The notes beneath the pieces were generated by a model that was given only the letters and a program-made list of their open reading frames with translations, ran no database searches and had not been told where the DNA came from. 64,000 nucleotides of DNA from Bacteroidales bacterium Phil12 (GTDB lineage: Bacteria > Bacteroidota > Bacteroidia > Bacteroidales > P3). A program made the translations under genes and the position numbers. The stretch lies in assembly GCA_002633275.1 (NCBI GenBank), contig NWBO01000165.1, positions 11,015 through 75,014 on the forward strand, read 5' to 3'. Shown piece by piece: positions 36,559-46,331 of the stretch (position 1 is the first letter of the stretch; every line of letters starts with the position of its first letter).

Positions 36559-37149
36559 TTACATACGACGCAATGCTTCCCTTACGAGATTTTCGACACT
36601 CATCGTATTGTTGTCTTTTAATAGTTTGTCTAACGTTTTCTCGATAATAACTTTATTAAATCCTAATGTCTGCAATGCTAATAACGCTTCGGTACGGTTT
36701 TTATTGTCTGAAACAGATGCAATAGAAGAATCTTTCTCGTCAAATTCCCATTTTTTCAGTTTGTCATGCAAATCCACAATAACCCTTTGCGATGTTTTTG
36801 TACCTATCCCCTTTACTTTGTTGATAGAAGAACTGTCTTCATTTACTATTGCCCTAACCAATTCATCAACACCCAATGAAGACAACATCATTCTTGCCGT
36901 ATTGGCTCCTATCCCACTTACGGTTATCAGATGACGAAACAATTCTCGTTCTCTACTTGTTGCAAAGCCATAAAGAGTTTGAGCATCTTCTCGTACAGAG
37001 AAATGAGTATATATTTTTCCTTCTTTTTTTTCTTTTAATTCAGAGTAAGAAGTAAGCGAAATCTCCACCATATAACCTACCCCACTACAATTGACAACAA
37101 CAAAAGACGGCGTTACTTCTTCAAATTTTCCTTCAAGAAATTCATACAT
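36559..37149 (-). CDS. ruvA: Holliday junction branch migration complex subunit RuvA
   Basis: MYEFLEGKFEEVTPSFVVVNCSGVGYMVEISL..LITVSGIGANTARMMLS..VKGIGTKTSQRVIVDL (two HhH motifs). Confidence 0.95.
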   Translation of the reverse strand: MYEFLEGKFEEVTPSFVVVNCSGVGYMVEISLTSYSELKEKKEGKIYTHFSVREDAQTLYGFATSRERELFRHLITVSGIGANTARMMLSSLGVDELVRAIVNEDSSSINKVKGIGTKTSQRVIVDLHDKLKKWEFDEKDSSIASVSDNKNRTEALLALQTLGFNKVIIEKTLDKLLKDNNTMSVENLVREALRRM

Positions 37150-37175
37150 TGTATCAGTAGTTTTATTTAGTGGTG

Positions 37176-37183
37176 CAAAGTTA
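37176..37183 (-). promoter_or_regulatory. -7 box TAACTTTG for ruvA-sprA
   Basis: The reverse complement of CAAAGTTA matches TAnnTTTG. It lies 27 nt upstream of the ruvA ATG. Confidence 0.45.
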
Positions 37184-37230
37184 ATATATTATTTCCTTTT
37201 ATTTACCGATATTATATTAATTTTAATAAC

Positions 37231-37275
37231 TAATAAAATAATGTTTAACAAAAATTTATTAGTGTTTAACACTAC
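37231..37275. repeat. 21-bp-period repeat array B (2 units)
   Basis: TAATAAAATAATGTTTAACAAA / AATTTATTAGTGTTTAACACTAC. Confidence 0.6.
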
Positions 37276-37292
37276 TATCGTAGTTTCCCACG

Positions 37293-37342
37293 AAAAAATA
37301 TTTCTGAAAGCAGTCGTTAAATCGCTTTCAGAAATATTTTTT
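37293..37342 (-). terminator. Bidirectional intrinsic terminator
   Basis: AAAAAATATTTCTGAAAGC (37293-37311), 12-nt loop, GCTTTCAGAAATATTTTTT (37324-37342). Perfect 19-bp arms including the A6/T6 tracts. It lies 55 nt downstream of the stop at 37397. Confidence 0.8.
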
Positions 37343-37396
37343 ATTATTAATGATTTCACTCTTTTTTCTACACTAAGCAGACAAAAGAATAGTCGT

Positions 37397-38818
37397 TTAT
37401 CTTTCAAGGAAAGACAATCTTTGAGACACATCTTCGGATTGCGGCTCTACGTTTGTCTTACTTGCTTTTTTATCTCTAAGCAAAAAGTTGCAACCCACAT
37501 AAAGATTCATACCAGAAGTCTTTGCCAAATTGTAAGAAGATGCAACCGATGCACCGATATAAAAACCGCCCAAACCTACATACACCGTAGGATTGAAAAA
37601 CTTGTATTTGAAAGTATTTCCAACAGCCACCTGCAACGGACCACAACTATAAGCATAACTCAAAGTCAAAGCATTCTCGTACGAAGAGTTGATAATTCTT
37701 CCGCTATACAAAGCCTGCAACTGCATATTGGTATAGAAATCCCAAGTATAACCTACATAAATCTTTGTTGGCACACCTGTCTTGTAACTTGCAATATCGG
37801 TAATTTCCAAATCAAAAGCATCTTTCAAACTATCCGCCATATCATTGAAATAATTGTCAAAATCGTTGCCTATGTTATCGTAATCGGTATCAACACCCGA
37901 GAAATTAATTTTTTGTCCCGGATTACGGCTTTTGATTTTATTACCTTTTTTCCATTTAATGCTACCGAAATCAACAACGGAGACAGAAAACTGCATATCA
38001 TTATATTTGTATATTGCACCGATATCAACTCCAAAACCACGATTATTCATAGCGTTGGAAATATAATCCGAAACGTTGTCATAAGACTCAAACTTAAAAT
38101 CTCCGTCATTAACTACGCTATTCACAGGTGCCAAATAACCCATAGCCAATGACATATCAATATCGAAATCACCATAAGCTTCAATAGAATTTTCATCAAA
38201 TCTGCAATTTACAATACTTTTATTGGTATGAACATTCGCTATACCATTATACATTTTCAATCTTGCACCAACTGTTAATTCATCTGTAATTTCTCTTGCA
38301 TAGCCGATATAGGTTGTCAGATACGCCGACAAGGCAAGTATATCTCTATCCAAAATATCGACATTGTTGGAAGCCATTCCTGTTCCATGTACCAAGAAAT
38401 CAAAGAAAGATTTGGAGAAAGACAGTTTGGATTCGATATTCAAACTCTCGCCAATCGAAAAATAATTCTTTCCTATTTTGAATCCTACACCCAATATATC
38501 GAAACTTGCTGTCAGGCTCAAATTGTTTGATTTTTTCAATTTGCCTAAGAACCCATTCACATCGATACGTAAAGAATCGGGATAGACAGGACTTTGGTTT
38601 ATCAAATCATTCCATGCAAAACCGGAAGTATTCAAACCGAAGTGCGTTTTACCGACAACCGGTAGAGTTACAAACGCTTTATATTTTGCGTTAAATGCCG
38701 GGTTAAAAGAAATCGATTGAGGCTGATTAGAAAAATACAACGCCACGTTTTCCTGTGCCTTTGACGATTGTGCGAATAACAATATCGCCGTCAAAATAAC
38801 TATATATATTTTTTTCAT
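37397..38818 (-). CDS. Putative outer-membrane beta-barrel protein of unknown function
   Basis: Signal peptide MKKIYIVILTAILLFAQSSKAQ. Gly/Tyr/Asn-rich alternating beta-strand pattern throughout. The large antisense ORF 37091..38152 was rejected. Confidence 0.6.
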   Translation of the reverse strand: MKKIYIVILTAILLFAQSSKAQENVALYFSNQPQSISFNPAFNAKYKAFVTLPVVGKTHFGLNTSGFAWNDLINQSPVYPDSLRIDVNGFLGKLKKSNNLSLTASFDILGVGFKIGKNYFSIGESLNIESKLSFSKSFFDFLVHGTGMASNNVDILDRDILALSAYLTTYIGYAREITDELTVGARLKMYNGIANVHTNKSIVNCRFDENSIEAYGDFDIDMSLAMGYLAPVNSVVNDGDFKFESYDNVSDYISNAMNNRGFGVDIGAIYKYNDMQFSVSVVDFGSIKWKKGNKIKSRNPGQKINFSGVDTDYDNIGNDFDNYFNDMADSLKDAFDLEITDIASYKTGVPTKIYVGYTWDFYTNMQLQALYSGRIINSSYENALTLSYAYSCGPLQVAVGNTFKYKFFNPTVYVGLGGFYIGASVASSYNLAKTSGMNLYVGCNFLLRDKKASKTNVEPQSEDVSQRLSFLER

Positions 38819-38848
38819 TTTATTACCTATTTACAAAATTCGACAAAC

Positions 38849-40501
38849 TTAGAATTTAATCACTGTATGCGCTCTAACGCCTAATTTAACTTTCATTTTT
38901 TCGTTACCGGTAAATTTAACAAATGGCTTTGTTGCACCGGTGCCGCTTGTATTGAACGTTGCACGAATAAGAACGCTTTGAGCATCTTTAAGTCTTTGAT
39001 AACTTTCTTGTGTTATGGAAATTTCTTGTGTATTAATTGATGCAGCCGTTACATTACCATTGTTATCAATTTCTGCCGAAACGACATCGACACTATTAGC
39101 CAACAAAGGCATTACTTGTCCCGAAGCATCTTTTGTAAATAAGTCTATTTTCAATGCAGCAGGGAAAGAATTTTCCAAACCTACTTTCAAAATAACGCTA
39201 TCAATATAATCGCCGACACCGTCTTCGGAATTTAGAAAATCCAACGCATCGGTTTCTTTTTCACTTACAAAATCATTAACCCTTAACGACAAAGGAATAT
39301 CCAATATAGTATGAACATCTACATATTTCTTGTTAGGATAGATAAATCCTCTCTGCGTTCCGTCGCCAAAGATAGAAGCCAATTCGTAAGAGATTTGATT
39401 CGGCAAGTGAGACAAAATATCCGGGTTGATATTCAAAACATTTTGCGTTAGTTTCATTTCGCCGGGCTTATCTGCCGGATTAACTTCAAATCTTTGTTCT
39501 TTGTCAAACAAATCCGACACAATACCTTGATGATTTATAGCCTTGATTTTCGTCATATCCAAGAATAATTTTATTCCTGTATAATTCTTAACATCAACAA
39601 ACATATTGATTTTTTCCAAATTCAACATATCGGTTGATATTGTGCTATCAAAATAATCTATATCCAACACGCCTTCCATAGGAATAGACGGATTACCAAC
39701 TCTTCCGTATGCCAAATCTATATTCAAGTCTTTGCCGTCCAAAGATAACGATAAGCCATAATCACCCGGCTTTGGCGTCTGACCTGCTGTTTTGACAACA
39801 ATCTTATAACTCAAAGAAATCTTTGATGTATTGTCTTCTTGGGCGTCAAGTTTTAATGTGTAACCCGCCAAATCGATAACCTCCGAAAAATCTTTATTCG
39901 CTTTCATATTCAATACTTGCGAAAAAGCCTTACCGTCTTTAACTATCGAGTTTGTCTGTATATACACTGCGGCATCGTAAGGCAACTGAGAATGACCTGC
40001 AAAAGTAAAACTACCGGTAGCCAATACCAAACTATCAATGGCTCTGCTCTCTTCGTCTTCATCATATTTTGCGAACTCGTCAATCGATATAAGCAACGTT
40101 TGCTGGTCAAAAACAATATCGTCTGTAAATGTCTCATCGTACCAAGACGGAATAGTTATATCGTCAAGGTTAAAATCGGCAAGATGCATCTCAACGTTTT
40201 TATTAAAAAAGTCGTGAGCCAAATCGCTACCATTAACCTCAAAATCCTGCATCATTTGAAGATGTAAAACTCCGTCTTCACCATCTACAAGATGAATACC
40301 CTCTTCAAGACTCTCTATTTGTCCAAAAAAATCTCGTGCAGCAAAATCCATTGTCATTATATTCGCTTCAACCTCCGGATTAATCGTTGTTTGAGAAATA
40401 CGATTTACATCAAAATCGTCTGTATCCACACAGGAATAAAGCAACACCACACAAGCACACACAGAAATAAATAATCTGATAACTCTTTTCATAACATTCA
40501 T
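38849..40501 (-). CDS. Putative lipoprotein of unknown function
   Basis: MNVMKRVIRLFISVCACVVLLYSC|VDTDD has a lipobox-like Cys. It lies 30 nt upstream of the beta-barrel gene, so the two are probably an operon. Confidence 0.6.
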   Translation of the reverse strand: MNVMKRVIRLFISVCACVVLLYSCVDTDDFDVNRISQTTINPEVEANIMTMDFAARDFFGQIESLEEGIHLVDGEDGVLHLQMMQDFEVNGSDLAHDFFNKNVEMHLADFNLDDITIPSWYDETFTDDIVFDQQTLLISIDEFAKYDEDEESRAIDSLVLATGSFTFAGHSQLPYDAAVYIQTNSIVKDGKAFSQVLNMKANKDFSEVIDLAGYTLKLDAQEDNTSKISLSYKIVVKTAGQTPKPGDYGLSLSLDGKDLNIDLAYGRVGNPSIPMEGVLDIDYFDSTISTDMLNLEKINMFVDVKNYTGIKLFLDMTKIKAINHQGIVSDLFDKEQRFEVNPADKPGEMKLTQNVLNINPDILSHLPNQISYELASIFGDGTQRGFIYPNKKYVDVHTILDIPLSLRVNDFVSEKETDALDFLNSEDGVGDYIDSVILKVGLENSFPAALKIDLFTKDASGQVMPLLANSVDVVSAEIDNNGNVTAASINTQEISITQESYQRLKDAQSVLIRATFNTSGTGATKPFVKFTGNEKMKVKLGVRAHTVIKF

Positions 40502-40525
40502 ATTTAATTAAATTTTAATAATTTG

Positions 40526-40533
40526 CAAAATTA
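40526..40533 (-). promoter_or_regulatory. -7 box TAATTTTG for the lipoprotein/OMP operon
   Basis: The reverse complement of CAAAATTA matches TAnnTTTG. It lies 25 nt upstream of the ATG at 40501. Confidence 0.4.
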
Positions 40534-40715
40534 GGGATTTTTTCTCACATACTAATAACTTTTTAATTAATATCGAAATAAAATTGTTTGACAGTCCTAA
40601 ATCGAAACATTTTTCCCTTGAAATTTTCACTGCTAAAAAATTTCTTCGCTAACTCAAAAAATTATCTTACAGTATTGTAATAATGATAAAATATATTTAT
40701 TTCCAAATGATTTTT

Positions 40716-40723
40716 TATCTTTG
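40716..40723 (+). promoter_or_regulatory. -7 box TATCTTTG for the AraC-family gene
   Basis: TAnnTTTG followed by C, 46 nt upstream of the ATG at 40770. Confidence 0.4.
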
Positions 40724-40769
40724 CAGCCTATTACAAGAAATAATAAACTCACAAACATACATAAACGAT

Positions 40770-41684
40770 ATGAATAAGAATGAAAACATAATTGAGATTG
40801 CAATGGATAATGTAAATCTTAAACCTTTTTCAACACACTACGCTAACTTTTTCCAAATATATGACTTTGCAATAGCAATCGTAGATAACGAAGCTGTCGG
40901 ACTACATGAACAATTTCTTAAAATAAATCAGCCTTACCGCATAAAAGAAGGAAGAATTGTGATTTGTGAGAAAGGGGATGTGGATTTAACATTCAATCTT
41001 CTTCCCATGAAAGTAAAAGCGGGCAATATAGCAATAATTCCAAAAGATGCTTTAATAGAATTTAAGCATATAAGCGACGACATTGAGGCAAAGTTTATCG
41101 CTTACAACGATCGTAATAGTGATTTTTTCAAAGACTCCGCCCCTGTTTTCGATGTTAATTTCAGAAACAAAATCATTATAACCACTCCCGAGAAAGAAGA
41201 CAAACAGCAGCTAATGCAAATATTTGAATTAATTTGGCAAACAGCTCACACCGAGCCTTTACGAAAAGATACATTGATGCATTTGATAAAAGCATTTTTG
41301 TATGATATTTTGTATATAAACAACGCTCAACAAGCCGAAAATATCAATAGACATATTTCTCGTAGCGAAGAAATTTTTCAGAATTTCATTTCTCTTGTTT
41401 CAAAGCACTGTAAAGAAAGCCGACAAGTGAATTATTATGCCGACAAATTGTGTTTAACGCCAAAGTATCTCTCTTCCGTTATAACCAAACAAAGCGGCAA
41501 AAGTATTATGCAATGGATAAACGAGGCTGTGATATTGGAAGCAAAAATTCTTTTGCGATACAGCAATTTGGCAATATTCCAAGTAGCCGATGAATTGAAC
41601 TTCCCAAATCCGTCATTTTTCACAAAATTTTTCTTGCGTATGACGGGAATGACTCCAAAGGAGTTTAGAAATAAAAAAGAATAA
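40770..41684 (+). CDS. AraC-family transcriptional regulator
   Basis: C-terminal ..VNYYADKLCLTPKYLSSVITKQSGKSIMQWINEAVILEAKILLRYSNLAIFQVADELNFPNPSFFTKFFLRMTGMTPKEFR (two HTH motifs). The start was moved to MNKNENI (the track gives 40683). Confidence 0.85.
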   Translation: MNKNENIIEIAMDNVNLKPFSTHYANFFQIYDFAIAIVDNEAVGLHEQFLKINQPYRIKEGRIVICEKGDVDLTFNLLPMKVKAGNIAIIPKDALIEFKHISDDIEAKFIAYNDRNSDFFKDSAPVFDVNFRNKIIITTPEKEDKQQLMQIFELIWQTAHTEPLRKDTLMHLIKAFLYDILYINNAQQAENINRHISRSEEIFQNFISLVSKHCKESRQVNYYADKLCLTPKYLSSVITKQSGKSIMQWINEAVILEAKILLRYSNLAIFQVADELNFPNPSFFTKFFLRMTGMTPKEFRNKKE

Positions 41685-41717
41685 GTTTCCCAAAACCCAA
41701 AACACATATCATATATT

Positions 41718-41750
41718 AAAAATGGAGTGATTTTTTATCGCTCCATTTTT
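41718..41750 (+). terminator. Intrinsic terminator after the AraC gene
   Basis: AAAAATGGAGTGAT-TTTTT-ATCGCTCCATTTTT, followed by CTGTTTT. Confidence 0.65.
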
Positions 41751-41780
41751 CTGTTTTATTTATATCGCTATTCACTTTAT

Positions 41781-41843
41781 CAGTGTTTAACACTATTTTT
41801 CTAATATCACTATTTATTTTTTTAATGTTTAACACTATTTTTA
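41781..41843. repeat. 21-bp-period repeat array C (3 units)
   Basis: CAGTGTTTAACACTATTTTTC / TAATATCACTATTTATTTTTT / TAATGTTTAACACTATTTTTA. Confidence 0.75.
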
Positions 41844-42075
41844 CGAAAAAAGCATACCATAATTATATATGCACCAAAAAACATCTAAACATCAACAAAA
41901 TAAATATCGAATAATCAAAACAAATTATACAATGGCGGTAAAATTAAAATAAAATCGCCCATAAAACGACTTTTAAGACATTTACAATCGATAAAATTAT
42001 ACAAAAATTTCTTTTTTCATACCATTAGATAATTTTAATATGCTTTAAGATAATCATCAGCCCGAAATATTGGTA

Positions 42076-42083
42076 TAATTTTG
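42076..42083 (+). promoter_or_regulatory. -7 box TAATTTTG for the efflux operon
   Basis: TAnnTTTG followed by C, 24 nt upstream of the ATG at 42108. Confidence 0.45.
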
Positions 42084-42107
42084 CAAAAGCAAAAACGAAA
42101 TAAAGAA

Positions 42108-43370
42108 ATGAAAAAAACACTATTAACAATTACAATGGTTTTATATTGCAATTTGACAATATTTTCACAAAACATAACTTTGCAAGATTGTTACGACAAA
42201 GTGATGACGAATTATCCGCTTGCGAAAAATTCGGAATTTCTTACAAAAAGTAACGAGTACAATATTTCAAATGCAATCAAAGGTTGGTTGCCTGACATCT
42301 CTTTAAGCGGAAAAGCATCGTATCAAAGCGATGTTACCTCTCTTCCGATTGAAATACCTAACATCGAAATTCCACAACTAAGCAAAGACCAATACGGCAT
42401 CGTTCTCGAAGTCAATCAAACAATCTATGACGGAGGAGCAATAAACTCGGCAACAAAAGTAATCAAGGCTCAAAACAATGCTCTTGAAAGAAAACAAGAA
42501 GTTGATATGTATGCTTTGAAAGAACGAATAAATCAAGTGTTTTTCGGAATATTGGTTATAGATGAGCAGCTGAATCAAAACTCTTTATTACAGGAGGATT
42601 TGGATATTACTTACAAAAAAGTAATGGCTTGTGTGGATAATGGCGTTGCAAACAATAGCGATTTGGATAGAGTATCCGTTGCAAAAATCAATGCAAAACA
42701 ACAACGCATTCAATTAAAACAAATGCGCTCTGCTTATATCGATATTCTATCTATTTATATCAACGAACCGTTGAAAGACAATGTTACGCTGCAAACTCCA
42801 CCAAGTTTTTACATTGATAATACGCTTGAAAATTCCCGCCCGGAACTTTTATGGTTTGAGGCTCAAAACGAATTGCTGAACACAAAAGAGAAAAATTTAC
42901 AAGCATCTTATATGCCCGAACTATCTGCATTTGTTCAGGGTGGTTATGGTCGTCCGAATTTGAATATGTTGAACGATGATTTCAACTTCTATTACATTGC
43001 AGGTATTCGTTTGAAATGGAATATCCATAGTCTTTACACCAACAAAAACGATAAACATTTGATTGAAACTTCAAGAAATATCAACCAAATGAACAAAGAA
43101 AACTTTCTATTCAATAACAACGTTCAGTCCGTGCAACAACAATCAAGTATAATCACATTGGAAAAACAAATGGAGGACGACCAACAAATTATTGACTTAC
43201 GCTCATCCATTCGTAAGAGTGCAGAATTACGTGTCGAGAATGGAACGATGTCTGTTTCGGACCTGCTGACAGAGATAAACAATGAAAACATCGCCAAACA
43301 AAACCAAAAAATTCATAGAATAGAGTTATTGAAAAAACAATACGAATTGAAAACAACTCTTGGTAAGTAA
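42108..43370 (+). CDS. TolC-family outer-membrane efflux protein
   Basis: Signal peptide MKKTLLTITMVLYCNLTIFSQ and two coiled repeat halves typical of OEP proteins. It is the first gene of a HlyD/ABC operon. The track start at 42081 is a TTG. Confidence 0.8.
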   Translation: MKKTLLTITMVLYCNLTIFSQNITLQDCYDKVMTNYPLAKNSEFLTKSNEYNISNAIKGWLPDISLSGKASYQSDVTSLPIEIPNIEIPQLSKDQYGIVLEVNQTIYDGGAINSATKVIKAQNNALERKQEVDMYALKERINQVFFGILVIDEQLNQNSLLQEDLDITYKKVMACVDNGVANNSDLDRVSVAKINAKQQRIQLKQMRSAYIDILSIYINEPLKDNVTLQTPPSFYIDNTLENSRPELLWFEAQNELLNTKEKNLQASYMPELSAFVQGGYGRPNLNMLNDDFNFYYIAGIRLKWNIHSLYTNKNDKHLIETSRNINQMNKENFLFNNNVQSVQQQSSIITLEKQMEDDQQIIDLRSSIRKSAELRVENGTMSVSDLLTEINNENIAKQNQKIHRIELLKKQYELKTTLGK

Positions 43371-43405
43371 TCAATAATACAATAACATCAAAAAATTTAA
43401 TTAAA

Positions 43406-44302
43406 ATGAAAAAGATTGCATTGACAGCGATAGTTTTCGCAACGATATTAGCTTCCTGTTCAAGAAACAATAATAAATTTGACGCAACAGGAACTTTTGA
43501 AGCCACGGAAATAATAGTAAGTGCCGAAAACACAGGCAAGATACTTTCCTTAACAATAGAGGAAGGAGATAATGTTCAAAGCGGGCAGCAAATCGGGTTA
43601 ATTGATACCGTACAATTATATTTACAAAAAATGCAATTAATGAAAAATGCACAAAGTATAGACATTAATCGTCCCGATATACTGAAACAAATAGCAAGTC
43701 TGAACAACCAAATCGCACAAGCCAAGAAAGACAAGCAGCGTTTTGAAAACCTTGTTTCGGCTAATGCTGCGAACAAAAAAGATTTGGACGATATAACCTC
43801 AAAAATAAAAATACTTACTTCCCAAAAAGAAGCCATGAACTCAACTTTGGAAAAAAGCAACCGCAGTCTTCAAGCCCAAGCATCAGGTGTGGAAACTCAG
43901 GTTTTGATGATTGATGACAAATTGTCAAAAAGTCGTATTTCCTCTCCAATCAATGGTGTTGTGCTAACCAAATATTCAAACGAAGGCGAGTTTGTAACAA
44001 CGGGCAAACCGATATTCAAAGTTGCGGATATTAACAATATATACCTAAGAGCGTATGTAACCACCGAACAATTGACAAATATAAAAATCGGACAGAAAGT
44101 TAAAGTCTTTGCCTACAAAGGTGCAAAAGATTACAAGGAATATGCAGGCGTTATCACATGGATTGCTTCTCAGGCAGAATTTACTCCAAAGACCATTCAG
44201 ACCAAAGACGAAAGAGAAAACCTTGTATATGCCATTAAAATCTCGGTTAAAAACGACGGATTTATCAAACGCGGTATGTATGGCGAAGTTTCATTCCATT
44301 AA
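43406..44302 (+). CDS. HlyD-family membrane fusion (periplasmic adaptor) protein
   Basis: Lipoprotein-like N-terminus (..ILASCS). ..VSAENTGKILSLTIEEGDNVQSGQQIGLID.., a coiled-coil segment, then ..ISSPINGVVLTK..GKPIFKVAD.. Confidence 0.8.
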   Translation: MKKIALTAIVFATILASCSRNNNKFDATGTFEATEIIVSAENTGKILSLTIEEGDNVQSGQQIGLIDTVQLYLQKMQLMKNAQSIDINRPDILKQIASLNNQIAQAKKDKQRFENLVSANAANKKDLDDITSKIKILTSQKEAMNSTLEKSNRSLQAQASGVETQVLMIDDKLSKSRISSPINGVVLTKYSNEGEFVTTGKPIFKVADINNIYLRAYVTTEQLTNIKIGQKVKVFAYKGAKDYKEYAGVITWIASQAEFTPKTIQTKDERENLVYAIKISVKNDGFIKRGMYGEVSFH

Positions 44303-44398
44303 TCAGTATCAATGATTAATAAATTAATGTGAGTGATTAATAAATTAGTGTTAATGATTAGTAAATTAGTGTGAGTGATTAGCAAATTAAAATCCCCA
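44294..44398. repeat. 21-bp-period repeat array D (4 clear units from 44315 plus a degenerate leading unit overlapping the hlyD-like stop)
   Basis: ATTAATAAATTAATGTGAGTG / ATTAATAAATTAGTGTTAATG / ATTAGTAAATTAGTGTGAGTG / ATTAGCAAATTAAAATCCCCA. Confidence 0.85.
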
Positions 44399-44463
44399 AT
44401 CATTAAACCGATGTGCGAAACTATTTTAATAACAACAACAGCCAAATAAAGATATATACTGTT

Positions 44464-45366
44464 ATGATGATTGAAACCGAAAATATATGCAAGAGTTACG
44501 GAAAAATACAAGCCGTCAAGTCTTGGTCGATAAGCGTCAAGGCAAACGAAATCTACGGTTTGATTGGTCCTGACGGTGCGGGCAAAACAACATTGTTTCG
44601 TTTGCTTACAACGGTTCTTCTTCCCGATAGTGGCAAAGGCGTTGTGGCAGGGTACGATATTGTCAAGGATTTTCGACAAATTCGCAAGGAAATAGGTTAT
44701 ATGCCGGGCAGGTTTTCGCTTTACGAAGACTTGACCGTCAAAGAAAATCTCCAATTCTTTGCGACCGTTTTCTCCACAACGATAGAAGAAAATATGCACC
44801 TAATCAAGGATATTTATTCTCAACTTGAAAAATTCTCTTCTCGAAAAGCAGGTAAGTTATCGGGAGGAATGAAACAGAAACTTGCTCTTTGCTGTGCCTT
44901 GATTCATAGTCCCAAAGTGTTATTCTTGGACGAGCCTACCACCGGTGTCGATGTCGTTTCGAGAAGAGAATTTTGGCAGATGCTTAAACGATTAAAGCAA
45001 GAAGGTATCACAATCATTGTCTCCACTCCTTATATGGACGAAGCCGAGATGTGCGATTCCATTGCCTTGGTCAATCAAGGCGAATTTCTACGAATAGATA
45101 CTCCGAATGGAATTGTGTCAAGTTTTGACAAGACTCTTTTTTCTGTCAAAAGCAATAAAATGCACCAACTCCTAAATGATTTGAAGCAATACAGCAATGC
45201 TTTATCCGCCTTCTCGTTTGGAGAAAGCATTCACCTAAAAGTAAATTCGCCGACCATCAAACAAGATTTATCTTCTTACTTATCCGACAAAGGACATAGC
45301 GAATTGGAGATACAAGAAATAAAACCGAATATCGAAGATTGCTTTATGGCAATGACTTCAATGTAA
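44464..45366 (+). CDS. ABC transporter ATP-binding protein
   Basis: GLIGPDGAGKTT (Walker A), LSGGMKQKLAL (signature), VLFLDEPTTGVD (Walker B). The ATG at 44464 is preferred over the track's GTG at 44413, which lies in the repeat array. Confidence 0.9.
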   Translation: MMIETENICKSYGKIQAVKSWSISVKANEIYGLIGPDGAGKTTLFRLLTTVLLPDSGKGVVAGYDIVKDFRQIRKEIGYMPGRFSLYEDLTVKENLQFFATVFSTTIEENMHLIKDIYSQLEKFSSRKAGKLSGGMKQKLALCCALIHSPKVLFLDEPTTGVDVVSRREFWQMLKRLKQEGITIIVSTPYMDEAEMCDSIALVNQGEFLRIDTPNGIVSSFDKTLFSVKSNKMHQLLNDLKQYSNALSAFSFGESIHLKVNSPTIKQDLSSYLSDKGHSELEIQEIKPNIEDCFMAMTSM

Positions 45367-45449
45367 TAGCCAACGTTTCAAAAGTAATCTACAAAACAAA
45401 ACATATCAACTCTCAACTATCAAAGGAAAAACAAAACAATAAAACTACA

Positions 45450-46190
45450 ATGACAAACGACGATATAATACAAGTCAAGGATTTGACAAAACAATTTGGA
45501 AAATTCACTGCTGTAAATCACATCACGTTTAATGTGAAAAAAGGCGAAATATTCGGTTTTCTCGGGGCCAATGGTGCGGGCAAAACAACTGCCATGCGTA
45601 TGCTTTGCGGACTTAGTTACCCGACATCGGGAAAAGGATTGGTGGCAGGCTTTGATATTTCCAAACAACAAGAAATGGTAAAGAAAAACATAGGATATAT
45701 GTCGCAAAAATTTTCTTTATATGAGGATTTGAAGGTATGGGAAAACTTTTCCTTATTCGGTGGAATCTATGGTATGAATCGTAAAGAAATAAAAGACCGT
45801 ACGGACAAAATGCTTAAAGAACTGAATTTTGAAAATGAGAGAAATGCCATGGTTTCTTCCTTACCTCTTGGCTGGAAACAAAAACTTGCTTTTTCTCTTT
45901 CGATATTTCACAACCCGAAAATAGTTTTTCTTGATGAGCCGACGGGAGGTGTTGATCCCATAACAAGACGGCAATTCTGGGAAATGATTTATGCTGCGGC
46001 AGACAGAGGTATTACTGTTTTTGTAACAACTCACTATATGGACGAATCGGAATATTGCGACAGAGTTTCGATTATGGTCGATGGCAGAATAGATGCCCTT
46101 GACACTCCGCAAAATCTTAAAAATCTTTATTCTGCCAAAGATATGTACGATGTGTTTCTATATTTGGCTCGCACGGCAAAGCGAAGTTAA
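45450..46190 (+). CDS. ABC transporter ATP-binding protein (second ATPase)
   Basis: GFLGANGAGKTT, LPLGWKQKLAF, IVFLDEPTGGVD. The start was moved to MTNDDIIQVKDL. Confidence 0.9.
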   Translation: MTNDDIIQVKDLTKQFGKFTAVNHITFNVKKGEIFGFLGANGAGKTTAMRMLCGLSYPTSGKGLVAGFDISKQQEMVKKNIGYMSQKFSLYEDLKVWENFSLFGGIYGMNRKEIKDRTDKMLKELNFENERNAMVSSLPLGWKQKLAFSLSIFHNPKIVFLDEPTGGVDPITRRQFWEMIYAAADRGITVFVTTHYMDESEYCDRVSIMVDGRIDALDTPQNLKNLYSAKDMYDVFLYLARTAKRS

Positions 46191-46210
46191 AAAAAGGTAT
46201 GTGATTTCAT

Positions 46211-46273
46211 TAAATCAGTGTTAAACACTGATAAATTAGTATTAAACATTAATAAAATAGTGTTAAACACTAA
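46211..46273. repeat. 21-bp-period repeat array E (3 units)
   Basis: TAAATCAGTGTTAAACACTGA / TAAATTAGTATTAAACATTAA / TAAAATAGTGTTAAACACTAA. Confidence 0.85.
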
Positions 46274-46331
46274 AATTTCAAAAAACCATATGCAAAATGT
46301 ATAAAGTTCAACAAAAAAGATTAACAAAGAT

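Noticed and set aside
37091-38152. 353-aa plus-strand ORF
   Set aside because: It is antisense to ruvA's start and to the beta-barrel gene, it crosses a strong terminator, and its composition is Ile/Phe/Thr-rich low complexity typical of antisense frames in AT-rich DNA.
44299-44799. 166-aa minus-strand ORF whose C-terminus reads NLLITHTNLLIINTNLLITHINLLIIDTD, which looks like a heptad-repeat protein
   Set aside because: The repeat is simply the translation of 21-bp array D (21 bp equals 7 codons). The rest of the ORF is antisense to a well-supported ABC ATPase gene. The same artefact explains 46187..46387 and 51106..51402.
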